From contig CDMY01000982.1 in the NCBI GenBank assembly GCA_001179505.1, forward strand, positions 166,954 to 230,953: a stretch of 64,000 bases of DNA. Reading direction: 5' to 3'. This DNA comes from Vitrella brassicaformis CCMP3155 (lineage: Eukaryota; Protista; Chromerida). Below the pieces are notes generated by a model. The model had not been told where the DNA came from. It saw nothing but the letters and a program-made list of their open reading frames with translations, and did not search any database. This document shows positions 46,482 to 59,533 of the stretch, piece by piece. A program made the position numbers and the translations under genes. Within the stretch, counting starts at the first letter, position 1. Each line of letters begins with the position of its first letter.

Positions 46482-49400
46482 ATGAGCGCCAGGTCAAAGG
46501 CGTCTCGTATCGACCTCGGCATCGTGCTCTCGGAGGACGGCCTTTTGTCCGATGACGCTGAGACCTCCAAAGGGGCCCTCACGAGGCTTGCCAAACATGT
46601 CCTGACGTCGTTCGATGTTAGCGCATCCGTCCGCGATGAGAGGTTCAAGGCACTCCTCTTCGGGAACCCCCACGTCTCCGGTCAGTGCAATGCCTTAGTA
46701 GTGCAGTGGGGCATTGTGACACTGTGACTGTGTATTTTGCTGATGCAGAGGAGCGGGTTCTGCGCAAGCTGTATGACGCATTCGTCAGCGGCACGATGCC
46801 CCTTGTCGAAGATGCCACCACCATCATTTCCCTCGTCGATGCCTACCTTGTCGGGGTGAAGGCCAAGGATGGGCTGATCGCGGCCTTGTTTCAAAAGGGC
46901 ATTGCCACGGCGACCGGCGTGATAGACCTGCTGGCGGCGTTCATCGACAAATTTGACTTCGACGATGACCTCCTTGTTGGCGCCGCTGGAGGAGAAGTGA
47001 AACGGCTGGAAGACAAGAGGGCCCAACTCGGCTGTTTCCGACAGAAGTCATGGATCATGCTGGGAGGTATCTCACACGCACGCAAACACACGCACGCCCC
47101 CAGGGCAATGTATGACTTCATCATGTGTGTGGCTTCACAGTTGCGGTGTGTGACGGGCAGACCGACTTCCAAACACCTGTGAATGCGAATCGTGTCCACA
47201 TCAGCCAGAATCACCCTCGGCTGGTGGTCAAGGCGATGCAGGAAGTCGCTCGCCGCAAGGACGATGACCCCTTGTTCGATTATGCGCTGACATTCGTCCA
47301 GCATATGTTTATGTTACCCACCGTCAGTACGTTGGGGCCCCCAACCATATGGCTGGGCCAGCTGTTCAGCGCCACCGTCGAGGTCTGACAGCTGGCCCAC
47401 AAATGCATCCGTCTCGTCTCACGAACCAATCACCTGTGTCATTGTAGGTGGTGGTGCATTGCCCAGACCCGCAGCAGCCCGGCCTGCACGCCCGATCGAT
47501 GGAAGTGCTCGATTACATATTCGGGGCCGTCAGCACCATTTCCCTAGGAGGTGGGGAGACGTGGCCATCCCGCCATCAACAAGGCCATCCTTCCCTGTGT
47601 GTGGTCAGGTACGGACGCACAGCGCGCTGAGTGCCGCGAGGTACTGGAGAAGGACGTGTACCCCAACGTGCAGAAGCTGTCCAACGTGCTGGGTTCGAGT
47701 GCGGGCTTCGAGAGTGAGAAGTTTGCCGCCACCATCTGTTTGGGACACATCTTCAGCTACACAACCTCACTCATGGCATTTGACATCAAAGTCATGAATG
47801 ACGTGAAGGGTATACCGAGACACCGAGCCGCATCACTCTCTCGCTAAGCATGTATGTGTATGTGTGGTGCAGAGCAAGAGCGTCTTGCCGCTACGATTTG
47901 CTCGATTCCAAATGGACCAGTCCGGCTGATGCACGTGCCTGGTGCACTGAAGAACCTGTGTATGGTGCTGAGAAGGGGTTCCGCCGCGTACCCCATAGTG
48001 AGGCCACCGTCCGCAGACACGCCCAGGCCGCTGCCATTCCCCACACTCCATTCCATTGCACTGCCCATATCCAGGGTGTACCACTACATCTCATCCCTCG
48101 CTGGTAGCCCCCCCACCAATGCCTCCATCGGTCCATTGGATGTCTCTATGCCATGCATGATTTTGGTGTGTGTCTCTGTAGAAGCCGGCTATCGCGATGA
48201 GGTTGTCAAGGCGGGATTCTTCGCCACTCTGTCGGCCCTCGTGGCCGACGAGCAGTTGTGGTACAGCCCAGCCGCCATATCCTTTGCCACGAGCATATTT
48301 GGCGCCACAGGGCCACAGATAGAAGACAAACACGCCGAGGCGAGCGGATGGGCGGGGCACGCTGGCCACATTGCTTGTCTCACCTCCATGTGTGCTCGTG
48401 TCATGTGCTGCATTGTGTCAGGCTGCCGTGCGTGATGGGTTGGGTATAGCGTTGTGTGACCTGGCGTACAGAATAGCCTGTGGCCGGACTTCGGTGGGGT
48501 GTGACGCAACTCCCTATCTCATCAACATACTCACAACCCTTGTCAGGTAAGCATTCAATGACGTCGAGCATTACAACATTGTCTTGTCTCATCCGTCTGT
48601 GTGTGTGCCCTTCACTGTCCAGATACGGGGATCGTGTGGCGGCCCGGAAAGGCAAAAAGGGCATCGCGAGGCAGAATGCCGTCATAACGGCCATTTTGCA
48701 GGCCGAGTCCGTCAAGAAGTTGCGCCAGCAGGCCAGAGCGCCCGCCGGGAAAGGCAGAGGAACGGCACCGCCACAGCTCACACTTCCGCCCGAGGTGGGT
48801 GCGTGCAGAATTTTCACGTCGTCCCTTTCACACACTCTCTGTGGTGATGCGTGTCAGTTGTTGGCCTTCTTTGACGACATCGAGAGACGAGCCAACAGAG
48901 TAGCCGACGAAGTAGCGGCCGAGCTGGAGGGTGATGACGAAGGCGTCAAGGGCAAGACAAGGCCCCACAAGAAGGGCGGCAGACACAAGGGGCCCAACCC
49001 TCAGCTGAACGACACACCGGCCGCAGCAGCAGCAGCGTCATCGGCATGCGCAGACGAGGGAGACGAGGACGATAATGGAGACCCGGCAGACGAAGAGAGC
49101 AAAGAACCCGCCCCCACTCCGACCTCTGGCGATGCCAAGCCTGCTCCCAGCCCGGCCCTGGAGACTCCAGAGCATGATAGCGCTTTCATCGCCGTGGGCC
49201 GGCGGAAGCGGGGCAAGAGCAAGATGCAGCAGAGGCAGGAGAGAAATATGGATCGGCCTAGTGCGCCCGATCCCCCACCCCACACTCGGACCAAGAGGTG
49301 GGTGGGAACTAAGGAGATCGGAACAGAGAGAGCATTTTGGAGCTTGCCTTGTCCCCCAGGTGGTCTATTGTGTCGCGGGAGACGCCTCCCGGGAGAGATG

Positions 49401-50030
49401 CGCTGATTCCATCATCATCTAGCTCTAGTGGTGCCTTTGCCTCTGTTCCCACGCCTTTCTCTTCATCTGCGTCTGCATTGCCCCCGCCCGTCCCTGAGGC
49501 CGTCAGTGAGGTGGAGGCCCTGCGGATGGAGCTAGAGGCGATTCGGCGCGAGAAGGAGGCACTAGAGAGGGAAAAGGACCAGACACTCAGGAGGTGCGTG
49601 AGGTATATGGGCAATGGATGGCGAAGGCTCGTTCACGCTGTAGATATGTGTCTTTCTGCGTGGATGGATGGACGGGCTGATTGATGGATGTGTGCAGGCT
49701 GCAGGAGACGACTGACTGCGACATATGTATGGCCGAGAAGAAGTCGGTAAGTGAAGTGCGATGAATGATAGACCGACGATTGACTCACTGTTCGGGTGGT
49801 GCTGGTGTGTAGGTCGTGCTCGTCCCATGTGTACGTTCTTCGAGAGAGACGCCTCAAGAGACAAGTCGCCACCACCTCTCCTTATGTATGTATGCGTGTG
49901 TGTGTGTTTTCAGCTACATTTGTCGCTGTGCCCGTCGTGTGTGTCTCGGCTGGCGGCCCGTCCCCCAGCTCAACGGCTGTGCCCCCGCTGCCGCACTCCT
50001 ATTACTAGCACAAAACGCATATACGTCTGA
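46482..50030 (+). CDS. Putative E3 ubiquitin ligase copy 3 (more distant paralog, intact C3HC4 RING)
   Basis: YGDRVAARKG...NAVITAILQAESVKKLR; LLAFFDDIE; coiled coil; TDCDICMAEKKS|VVLVPC|LHLSLCPSC...RLCPRCRTPITSTKRIYV*. Confidence 0.85.
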
Positions 50031-50285
50031 GGCGGGCGATTAGAGCCCTTGCACCGCCGGTACGCCATTCCTAGTCGGTTGAAGACTCTGTATGCATTCA
50101 TGTGTAGGCACCCGTAAAATGACCTTCACAGATCGATAGTTCTGGGGACGACGGGACCATTGTGTGAGTACATATGTGATGGATGAAGGGTCGTCTCAAT
50201 CACTCACTCCATGTGCAAGCAACAACGCCCATTCCCCATTCCTCCTTGTGTAGCGCACCAACCACACACCCCATCAGCCAGCCAA

Positions 50286-52768
50286 TCAGTCCATCTTGCC
50301 CGTGGCCCCCATCATGGCACCTTCCCCCTCCTCCTCACCCACAGTCAGCGCCAAACCCAAACCCATCTCGCTGTCCAGTGAGCGCAACACCGCCTGAACA
50401 CAAGCAGTGCAGTGTATTGGTATGTCTCATCCATCGATGGCATGCACGCAGTGAGTGACACGAGAGGAGATCTGACCCACCTGGACTTTCTGTGGCGATG
50501 TCTCGCCCTTGAGTCGACCCAGTTTCTCCATGACCGTCGATTTCACCACCTGTGTCTGCTGCTGGGCGATCTCACGCGCTTTGCGCAGCATTTCGCGGGC
50601 CGCAGCAGCACTGCACAAAGACACAGAACAGAGGTAGAGGCACCAAGTGTGGAAAGAATGGAATGGCCCGACTGCATTTCATTTTTCTCTTCCCTGACTC
50701 TTCTGCTTTTTTCTTCCTATCGAGCATCTCGGTGAGCATAACTTGCCGCTTGTACTCCTGCACACATATATGCAGATAGGCAGGGACCCTAGACTGTGTC
50801 GATGTCAATGGCAGTGGCAGTGTTGTGTGTCTGTGTGCCGACCTTTTGTCTCTCCAGTCGTTCGCGGTTCTGCTGCACCAGTTCCTCGCGCATCGATCGG
50901 ACGCTCCTGTTGACATCGACGTTCTGAGACATACCATACACACACCAGGCCACACATATAGTGCACACACATACGCATGGCGATACCTGCATGATTCTCG
51001 ACTTGAGGTCCTTTTCGTTGGCGTCGAGCTGCTTTATGTGCTCCCGCATCTCCTTCGCCTTGCTGTTAAGCTCTTCTCGCAGCCTCTTGGCGTTCTCATT
51101 CCTCTTGTCCCACCGACGCTGCCTGTTGCCGTGCGTCGTCTCCGACCGCTGCTTCAGACCCGTCTCATAGGCTTCCTTGGCACGCATGGCGTGTTCATGA
51201 CGCTGCCTGGCTGCCTCCTCCCGCTCCTTCTGCAGATTCTCGAGATGCTCGTTGACGCGCTGTCGCTTCTCCGCCATGGACTGCTGCCGGCTCTCTGCAC
51301 GCGCCTGCAGACTGCAGAGAAGGATGCGAGGAGACATGAGCTTGTGAGAGTGGGCGAGAGGAGGGAGGGGTAGATTGCATACGATGTGAATGTGTCTGCT
51401 TGTCGTTGTGCGAGCATCTGGTCTTTTTGCGCTTGAATGCCCAGCTGCGACATGGCGAATTCCTCCTTCTGTCGCTGGTACTCCCGATTCTTCTCGCGGA
51501 GCCGCTCTGCGTTCTCTTCTCTGAGTCGATGCAGCTCCTCAAACTGATTCACACGCGCCTGATGTACCCATCAGACAAAGGGATTGCCTGTGGGTCGGAC
51601 AAAGGGCTGTCTTTGGACCTCTCTGAGTTTGCGTCCTTGCTCTCTCTTCTTGTTCAGCTTCGCCTTTTGCTCTGCGGCTTCTTTGCGGCGTCGTGCCTCA
51701 AATTCCTTCCACTCCTCCATGCGCTTTTCCCGTCTGGCATCGGCGGCATTCTGTTTTTCCTGGACCCTCTGGGCTCGCAACTGACTGTACAGCGCACACA
51801 CACACACACACAGACGAAGCGGATAAGCCCTTGTTGCCCTCCTTCTGTCCAAAGGCGTACTGTAGGCTTTCGACTCGTTGCAGGTTCTGTAGAGCCTTTT
51901 GTCTGGCCATTTCCTCGCCCTGCTGTGCGGCCATCTGGTCGTCAAGGAACTTCTGGATGTCCTTCTTCTGCTGCAGCGCCACCTGCTTCAACCGCTCCTG
52001 CTCCTGCATCGCTATCTGCACCATTCACCGACACATCATGGAAAGGGACAGCCTTGACATCCACTGTATTTGTGTGTGTGTGGCGGTGTCTGACCTGCTG
52101 TTCGGGCGTGATGAGGTCCACAGGGCTGACTTGGCTGGCGGTGCGTCGACTGGACAGGTAGACCATGGCCTGCCTGTCGCCCGCAGCCGTGCCCTGCGCA
52201 GCCATCCTCTTGGCCACGTGCCGCGGTGAGTCGCTTTCCTGCGACCATCTGGGGCCCCTGTGCGGCATCAAGGCTGTGTTGGCAAGCGCGGCGTCCAGCA
52301 GCTCTGGGGCTGTGGATATCGAGGGGGACTCAAGTATCTTGAACGACTTGCTGACGTCCTGGGGCTTTATTCTTTCTCGGTGCTTCATAACCTGCCGGAT
52401 GAGGGCCAGCCGCTTTTTCTCGAATGTCTCATACTTCTCGCGGGCAAGGTCCTCACTCAGACCACCCTTGGCAAAGTCCTCTGCAAGACACATACAACAT
52501 GCGTCATCCACAGAGTGTCACTACCACCCGCTAGCCGTCCATTCTCCCATTCACCCACCCACCAGGCGCCTTTTTGTGCAGCTCTTCTATTCTGATCCCC
52601 AGCCTGCAAACAGACCAACCGCCATCTCTGGAGCAATACTGAGCTGGTAGAGCCTTACTGGAGAAGCGACGCTTGGAACCGTGGGGATTCAACAGGAAGT
52701 TGAGGCGCACTTTCTTTTGGGCTGGTGCTCACCGCCGGGGCACTAGCACCACCAGCTACTCGCGCCAT
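50286..52768 (-). CDS. Long coiled-coil protein (E/K/R/Q-rich), function unknown
   Basis: Spliced start MARVAGG...ESPRFQASLLQ|LGIRIEELHKKAP|EDFAKGGLSEDLAREKYETFEKKR, followed by several heptad-rich exons. Stop at 50286-50288. Confidence 0.75.
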
Positions 52769-52999
52769 ATCGTTGAGGGGGATAGAGGGCGAAAGGCGGG
52801 GAACTCAGCGAGAGCTTGCGGCCCCGCGCCCTCCCGATTTCCCTTCTCTCCCCTTACTTAAGTTCTCTTCTCTTCTTCTCTTCTTCTCTTCTTCTTTCGC
52901 TGGTTTGCAGTGACGTCCCCGATGGCTGGCCTCCCTGACTCGTCCCCTTGAGATTCGAGCTCCCGGACCTTGCCTCATCGTACTCTGTTCCATGCACAA

Positions 53000-55900
53000 A
53001 TGGACTCCCTGCAGCACTTGTCCACTGCAAGTGTCCGCCGACGCCCGCTGCGACTGCAGTACAGACAAGGCAAGCCGCCCAGCAACAGGGAGCCTGAAGA
53101 TGCCTGCTCGATGCCGCTCCCATCTCCCTCGCCATCTGGCCGCTCCCGGCTCCGGGTGGCACAGCCCAACAGCGGCAGCAGCATGCAGCGGTGGACAATC
53201 ATTGCAGCGGCCCTGACAGCATTCCTGATCCATCTGCATGACAGACACAATACAGCCGAGAGTTACTCGCTCGGGGGCAGACTGCGGCGGGGACTGGTGC
53301 AGCCGGGCAGTGACGAGCGGATGGAGGCAACCATCTCTCCGCATGGAGCCATTGAGGGAAATCTCACGTCGATGGCCCTTTCGTCTGCACTCAAGTTGAA
53401 GGCGACGTCTCTGCTGCGTGTGGATGCCGCGAATGAGCGGCGGTTCACACTGGTTGCTACGTGTGGGGAGCCCTTCCAGCGGGGCAAGCGCACCTGCCCC
53501 AAGACATGCCCCATGATCGCACCGAGGCCCCTCGTCAAATGTGAGAAAGCGACCACCAATTCACTCACTGTCCGTAGCGATTGCGTTGTGTTTTCTTGCA
53601 CAAAACCAACATCGTCGGGGTGCGTGAGGGACACGCGGAGACCCAAATGACACACACACATGGATGAATGGATGGGCTCATGCAGGTTGGTCTGATGATG
53701 TACTTCAACTTTGTGGTGTTTCTGACGGTGTGTGCGTCGATCTTCTTTGTGGGCACGACCATTATCTTCTTCACATCCGACTTCCAGCGAGAGCTGGCTG
53801 AGGAGGATAACAAGTGCACCGACAAGGTGCTGTCCGACAAGGAGCTGCACCAGCCCGACAAAGTCGTCGAGCAATTCTCAATGGCGTCCTACTACCTGTG
53901 CGTCTCCCTCTACGCCGTTCTCATTGTGAGAGAGAGACACACAGATCACGCCACCACATTGTTCAGAAGCGACTGGGATCTCTCTACGTGTTGTTGGTCG
54001 TCTGGTCAGCCGCTGACGTTTTTCTTTCACGGTTACCAGCTGCGGCTGGTGAAGCAGTCGGACGAGGAGAACGACACACTTGCCGACTTCTGCTGCGTGT
54101 AAGAAAGGAGGATGAGCCCGTCTCAGTCCTACATATGTTCTTTGATCTGCTTCGGAGCCCACGGCCTCCCAGAAGACGCGATCGACGAGGACGAGTTGAA
54201 GATATACTTCCAGGAGGCGCTCGGTTTGAGCATCGTGGGCGTGTCGGTGCCATACGCGTACGCTGGACACGAACGCCTGGTGAGAGAGTCAGTCAGTCAG
54301 TCAGTGACTGACTGACACAGACAATCGTTTCAGGTTGAGAGGTTGTGCGACAAGATCATCGAGGAGGCCGACTTGAAGGAGGGCACATACACCGAGGAGC
54401 TCGGCAAGCCGCCGCCAGGTACCGAGACGCTCATCGCAGACACCGGCAGCAAGACCAGCACAGAGGCGGAGAAGGCACTACTGAAGGAGCACAGGGGCGG
54501 CGAAGGGTCGCACTACGACGACAAGAGCAAGCTGCCCGACAGGGACGAGATCGTCACCATCCTGGAGGGTCTCAAAGGCGCTGGTGAGGCATTTGTCATC
54601 TTCCAGACGGAGAATGACAGCCGAGAGGCCATTGAGCAATTCGAAGAGTTCAATCGCACTCACGTAACAGACAGACAGGCAGACAGACAGACAGAGACAT
54701 TGGTTGGCGCATCAATCGATAACCTGTGGTACCTAATGGATGTCTTGCTGCACGTAGAAGGGAGCAGCGGGCGCGTCAGCAGACAAGAAATTGTTCCGGG
54801 GGACACACGCCATCACGGTAAGCGAGCCGGTGCCACAAAAAGATAAGCCGGTGCATGCATGTGTGAATTGAATGTGTCAATCAATTGATGGCTGCACTGC
54901 ATGGGTACGTGCAGCTGGAGGATTACGACGGCGAGCCTCAGGACGTCTTGTGGGACGGCTTCTCAAAGACACCGATCAGCAAGGTGGGTGATCGATGGAT
55001 CAATATGTGTCCGTCTGCCTGTATGTATGTGTGTATGATTGATGTGTTTAACATGTTCTGCAGATCATCAAGTTGATCAACGGCGTGTGGATGATCCTCG
55101 TGGCGATCTCCATGTGGACGCTCTTCATCTACCTCCCCTACGCCGCATACGTCATCTCACTGTACCAGGCACGAACCTGTCAAAGAACGTGTGTACGTGC
55201 ATCGATGTCGCAGTGCAGTGCAGTACATCCTTCCATGTCTCTCTGTCAAATCAATCAGACGCCCGGCAAGAATCCCAACATCATCGAGGACAGCACGATG
55301 GGTCTGATCATTGCGGGCGGCAACGCCGTCATGGGCGAGGTCGTCCTCGCCATCGCTCGGTGGGCCGGCTTCAGGCGAAAAGACACCTTCGATATCTACT
55401 GCTTCGTTCTCAACTTCCTCGCCGTCGAAGTACTTTCAACACATACATACGACACACGGGCGACACACATCACATCACGTGGCCCGCCCTTCTGTGTGTG
55501 TCAGATGAACATGCTGTTCGACTTGGGTATATGTGTGGTTGCCGCCATCGGTCAGCAGAAGGAGGCCCTATCGACCAACGAGGCCGCCGCTACGGCCGAC
55601 CTGGAGAAGGGCATAGCCGACCAGTTCTGGGGGCTGCTCATCCCGGGGTGTCTCGTGCTGCCCTACCTGGCGCTGCCCATCGTCATACACGGGCTGCCGT
55701 TCTTCCTCGGCAGATGGCAAGTGCTCCACAAACAAAGGGTACGTGAGACATGAGGTTAAAGGGAGAGAGAGAGAGAGAGAGAGAGAGGGCCCCGTGGGTG
55801 TGACGTCGGCGGTTCCGTGTCAGATAACGGCACGCGAGGCGGAGAAGCTGATGGAGTGCGTGTACATTGACCTCTCGTCGCAGTACGGCCGACACAGACA

Positions 55901-57047
55901 CGATATGCATACCTACAGCAATCCCCTTGCCTGTGTGTCCGCCGTCGTAGGTACGGCGACTTCATCATCAACACGTCAACGTGCCTCGTCCTGGTACGAG
56001 AAAGCACTGCACACGCAGCAGCGATGATTTGTGGGTGTGTGTCGTGTGTATGTATGGGTGCAGCTGTTCTTCGTGACGCAGCACGCGTGGTCGATCTTTC
56101 TGTTCCTGGTGCTGTTTGCCCTCTACCACTACATCAAGGACCTCTTCCTCTGCCTGCGGCTCCACAAAGAGACGTACTTCTCAACAGGAGCACTCGGCAA
56201 CTCAGGCATAAACCACACACACACACACACACGACCACGTACAGACACAGACCGCTTTCCGGATTATCATGTCTCTCTGTGTGTTTGTCAGTCATTCGTC
56301 TGTGGAGTGTGCCGACGGGCATGCTGTGCGGTTCTTTGGTCTACTGGCACTTCCGGCATTTCCTCGGCAGCTCGCCGCGGATGTTCCAGGAGCACGCCGG
56401 GGAGATCATCGGATACACAGCGCTCGCATTCTTCGGACACATCTTTGTGCGCGAGGGACGGGAGGGACGGAGGCAGGCATGAAGGCAGCGAATGGGGGAG
56501 GGAGGAAGAGACACGCTTGTGTGCTGTGATGATTGGTGTCGTGTCAGTTATATTTGGTCGTGATAGACTACGTCATTCCTGCTGTGGTCCACATGGTGCA
56601 CAAGCCGTGCAGCAAGACCTACAAGGAGGTCAGCCACTCGGACCGAGGTTATGCCGGCACTGTGCCTCTGTGTGTGTGTGTGTGTGTGTGACCATCTGAG
56701 CAGATAGAGGCCGTGACGCCCTGCACGTACTTCAACAGCAACCCCATCCACGTCCTCAAGAGCCACTACTGCCCCAAACCCGGACAGTCACCCATCACAC
56801 CATACGAAATAGGTTGGTCCTGGCTAAGACACGTGGGCGAATACACCCACACACAGACACGCCCCCTCCCTCTCTGTGTGTCGTGCCAGGCAAGGAGTAT
56901 CTGCAGGGTGCCTACTTCAAGGTCGATCATGAGCTGGAGGAACAGGAACAGAGCCCAACCACTGCTGCTGCTGCTGCGGGGGCAGCGGCACAACCAGCAG
57001 CGGCCGAGGGCCACCAGACACAAGAGGGGGGTGGGCAGGGCGGGTAG
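53000..57047 (+). CDS. OSCA/TMEM63 (CSC1)-like multi-pass membrane channel, multi-exon
   Basis: VGLMMYFNFVVFL first TM; cytosolic RRM-like segments (TLADFC...GLPEDA...IVGVSV; GEAFVIFQTE); EPQDVLWDGF resembles the OSCA APEPxDVxWxN motif; many TM exons follow. Confidence 0.75.
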
Positions 57048-57474
57048 GCTGGTGTGGCTTACGTTGGCCTCTTGCCATGTGTCGTGTGTACATGTGTCGA
57101 TACTACCACTCGATGATTTTGTGTCCTAATATATCGACTGACGATCGATTCACGTACGTGTCGATCCGGTCGGTCCTCGCACGTTCGCATCGCACCCACG
57201 CACACAACGTTGCACCCCAGCCAGAGTCCACCCCGTGGTCCGGTACGCCCCCATGAATGGTTAGACAAGCGGAGCTGGTACAGCCATGAATTCCATCGGC
57301 TGACTGGACGCCCATACACCCACCCACCCACCCACCGACAGTCAGACAGACAGACACTCAGACAGTCAGTCAGACAGACGTGCAGATTAAACTATCCAGG
57401 AAAAATGCTGGCCGTTGCACTCACACACGCCCACTCAGATACGCTCTTGGTCATGTTGATGCCTCCCTCCCATC

Positions 57475-58912
57475 TCATTTCTTGAGTGAGACCATCTGCT
57501 TCCCGTCCGTCGACAACACAAACATGTCCGTGTGGCGCTGAATGTCAAGAGCACACACACACGGCTGCATGGCTGCATGTGCGCGTGTACGTGCCCACAA
57601 AACTTACGTACTACCTTGATGATCTGGCTGATTTTGTCCTTCACCCCATCGGGTTTCTTGACTCTTGCGCCGAGGAGGCTCATGTTGGCCTTCTGACCGT
57701 CCTGGCTGCCGATGAAGTTGGCCAACTCACTCACGAATTGCTGCTCCGCATCACCACCACCTGCCGCAGCAGCACCAGCACCAGCAGCACCAGCAGCCAC
57801 CCCTGGGACGCATAACAGGGGGCCGACACACATGGATGATGGCGTGTATTGCGTGGCGTGACGAGGGTGTTTCGTACTTGGCTTCTTTTCTTGTGGTTGC
57901 TGCTGCTGCGGTTGGCCCTCGGTCTTGCGCTTGATGGACGCTGCCGCGGGCTTGGCGGCCTCCTGCACATACATCCACACAGAGAGAGAGAGAGCACTGC
58001 CATGCCCTCTGGGCAGTGTGTCTCTCTGTGTTGTACGTCGTGTCGGCACCTTGGCTTTCGGCTTGGCATGGGCTTTGGCTTTTGGTTGTGCCTTCTTTGG
58101 CGGCTCCTCATCCTCTTCATCCTCCGCATCTTCATCTTCGTCTTCATCCATAGCCGCGGGGCCGCCCTTCCTCTGGACAGCCACACCCATGTCTGCATAC
58201 ACACACCACACCGCACCACACCACACCACACACGTGCAGCACCTGGCACCCTGGATGTATCTGCCCTTGCGCAAGGACCTTCACCTTCGTCGCCCTCGTC
58301 TTCATCCTCATCCTCATCTGCACAAACACACACACGCATCGCACACGCATCCTTCAAGCCATCCATCCATCCATCTCTCTCTATGGGTGCAGATTGTCCC
58401 ACCCACCCATAGCCAGGGGAGGTTGTGGTTTGGCAGCCTTGGGCTTGGGGGTGGGGAGTGACGGCTTTGCCTTGGCCTTGGCCTTGGTCGCACCCTTTCT
58501 GTCTGGCATCTGGTCGATGATCTTCTTGATCGCTGAACACTCAGAGACAGCAGGGCGCGCCACGATGATGTGCGCCGCGTGTGTCTCAGTGGAGGCACCT
58601 TCTGTTGTCTCCTCGTCCTCATCCTCATCCTCGTCGTCATCGTCATCGTCGTCTTCTTCTCCTTCAGCAGCAGCAGCCCTCCTCGCGGCCATCATGCCCA
58701 GCAGGGCCTTCCCCTCATCAGCCAGCCCCGCCCCCCCCGCGCCCGCAAAGGGCGCAAACTTGACCATCGGCGAGAGAGAGCCACAGACGTGAATGGCAGA
58801 CTTGCCCGAGTTGTGCAGACTCAGCCCCGCACCGCCACGCAGATACAAAGTCACGCCAGTCTGCAGCAAAGAAAGGAACGGGCGGGCGATGCATCAATGG
58901 CCTGTGCTCGCG

Positions 58913-58947
<35 letters not shown>

Positions 58948-59220
58948 TTGCTACGTATTCGATTTTGCCCTTCTCGAGGAATGCGCATCTGTAGTTGGTG
59001 TCCTTGCCGTCCTTGCGTTCGACCACACAGAGGTAGTTTCGTCCATCGGTAGGGTTGTCGAGGCACAGCTGCTGCATCTCAAAGATGTCATCACTGTCCC
59101 CAGGCACTGCCTTCGTCTCGCCCGGCTTAAGCACGAGACCTGAACAGACACGCAGACGAAATGCGAGTTTGTTGAGTTTTTCGGCGTGTTTTTCATCATC
59201 GACTCACCCTGAAACATCAT
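57475..59220 (-). CDS. Nucleoplasmin-like (NPL) domain protein with acidic and basic tracts and a small C-terminal helical domain
   Basis: MMFQG|LVLKPGE...EMQQLCL...CAFLEKGKIE...LHNSGKSAIHVCG, then poly-D/E and K/A/P tracts. This is the layout of NPL-FKBP and HD-tuin N-termini. Confidence 0.8.
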
Positions 59221-59533
59221 GCTCATCACGAGGACCAGGCTCAGGACCCGAGTGCCTCCAGATCCCAGGAGAGGCAAGGGGAGGAGCGCGAGCTTAGAGG
59301 AGAGCGAGCTTGGAATGAAAAACGAGCTTTTGCCGGTCAAGCACCATTTTTCCGCCTCCTACTGGGTCAACGGCAAGGTGCCATACACCCCTGAACCTCA
59401 TCAACGGCAGTGTAGAAAACTCGTGAGTTTGGTCGACTCTTCCTTCCCTCCCCTCTCGCTCGGGGAGCGGCCCTTTCTTCCCCTTGCTTGTTTCCTCTCT
59501 GATCTGAGGATCTGAGGTGCACCCAGCCGAGCG

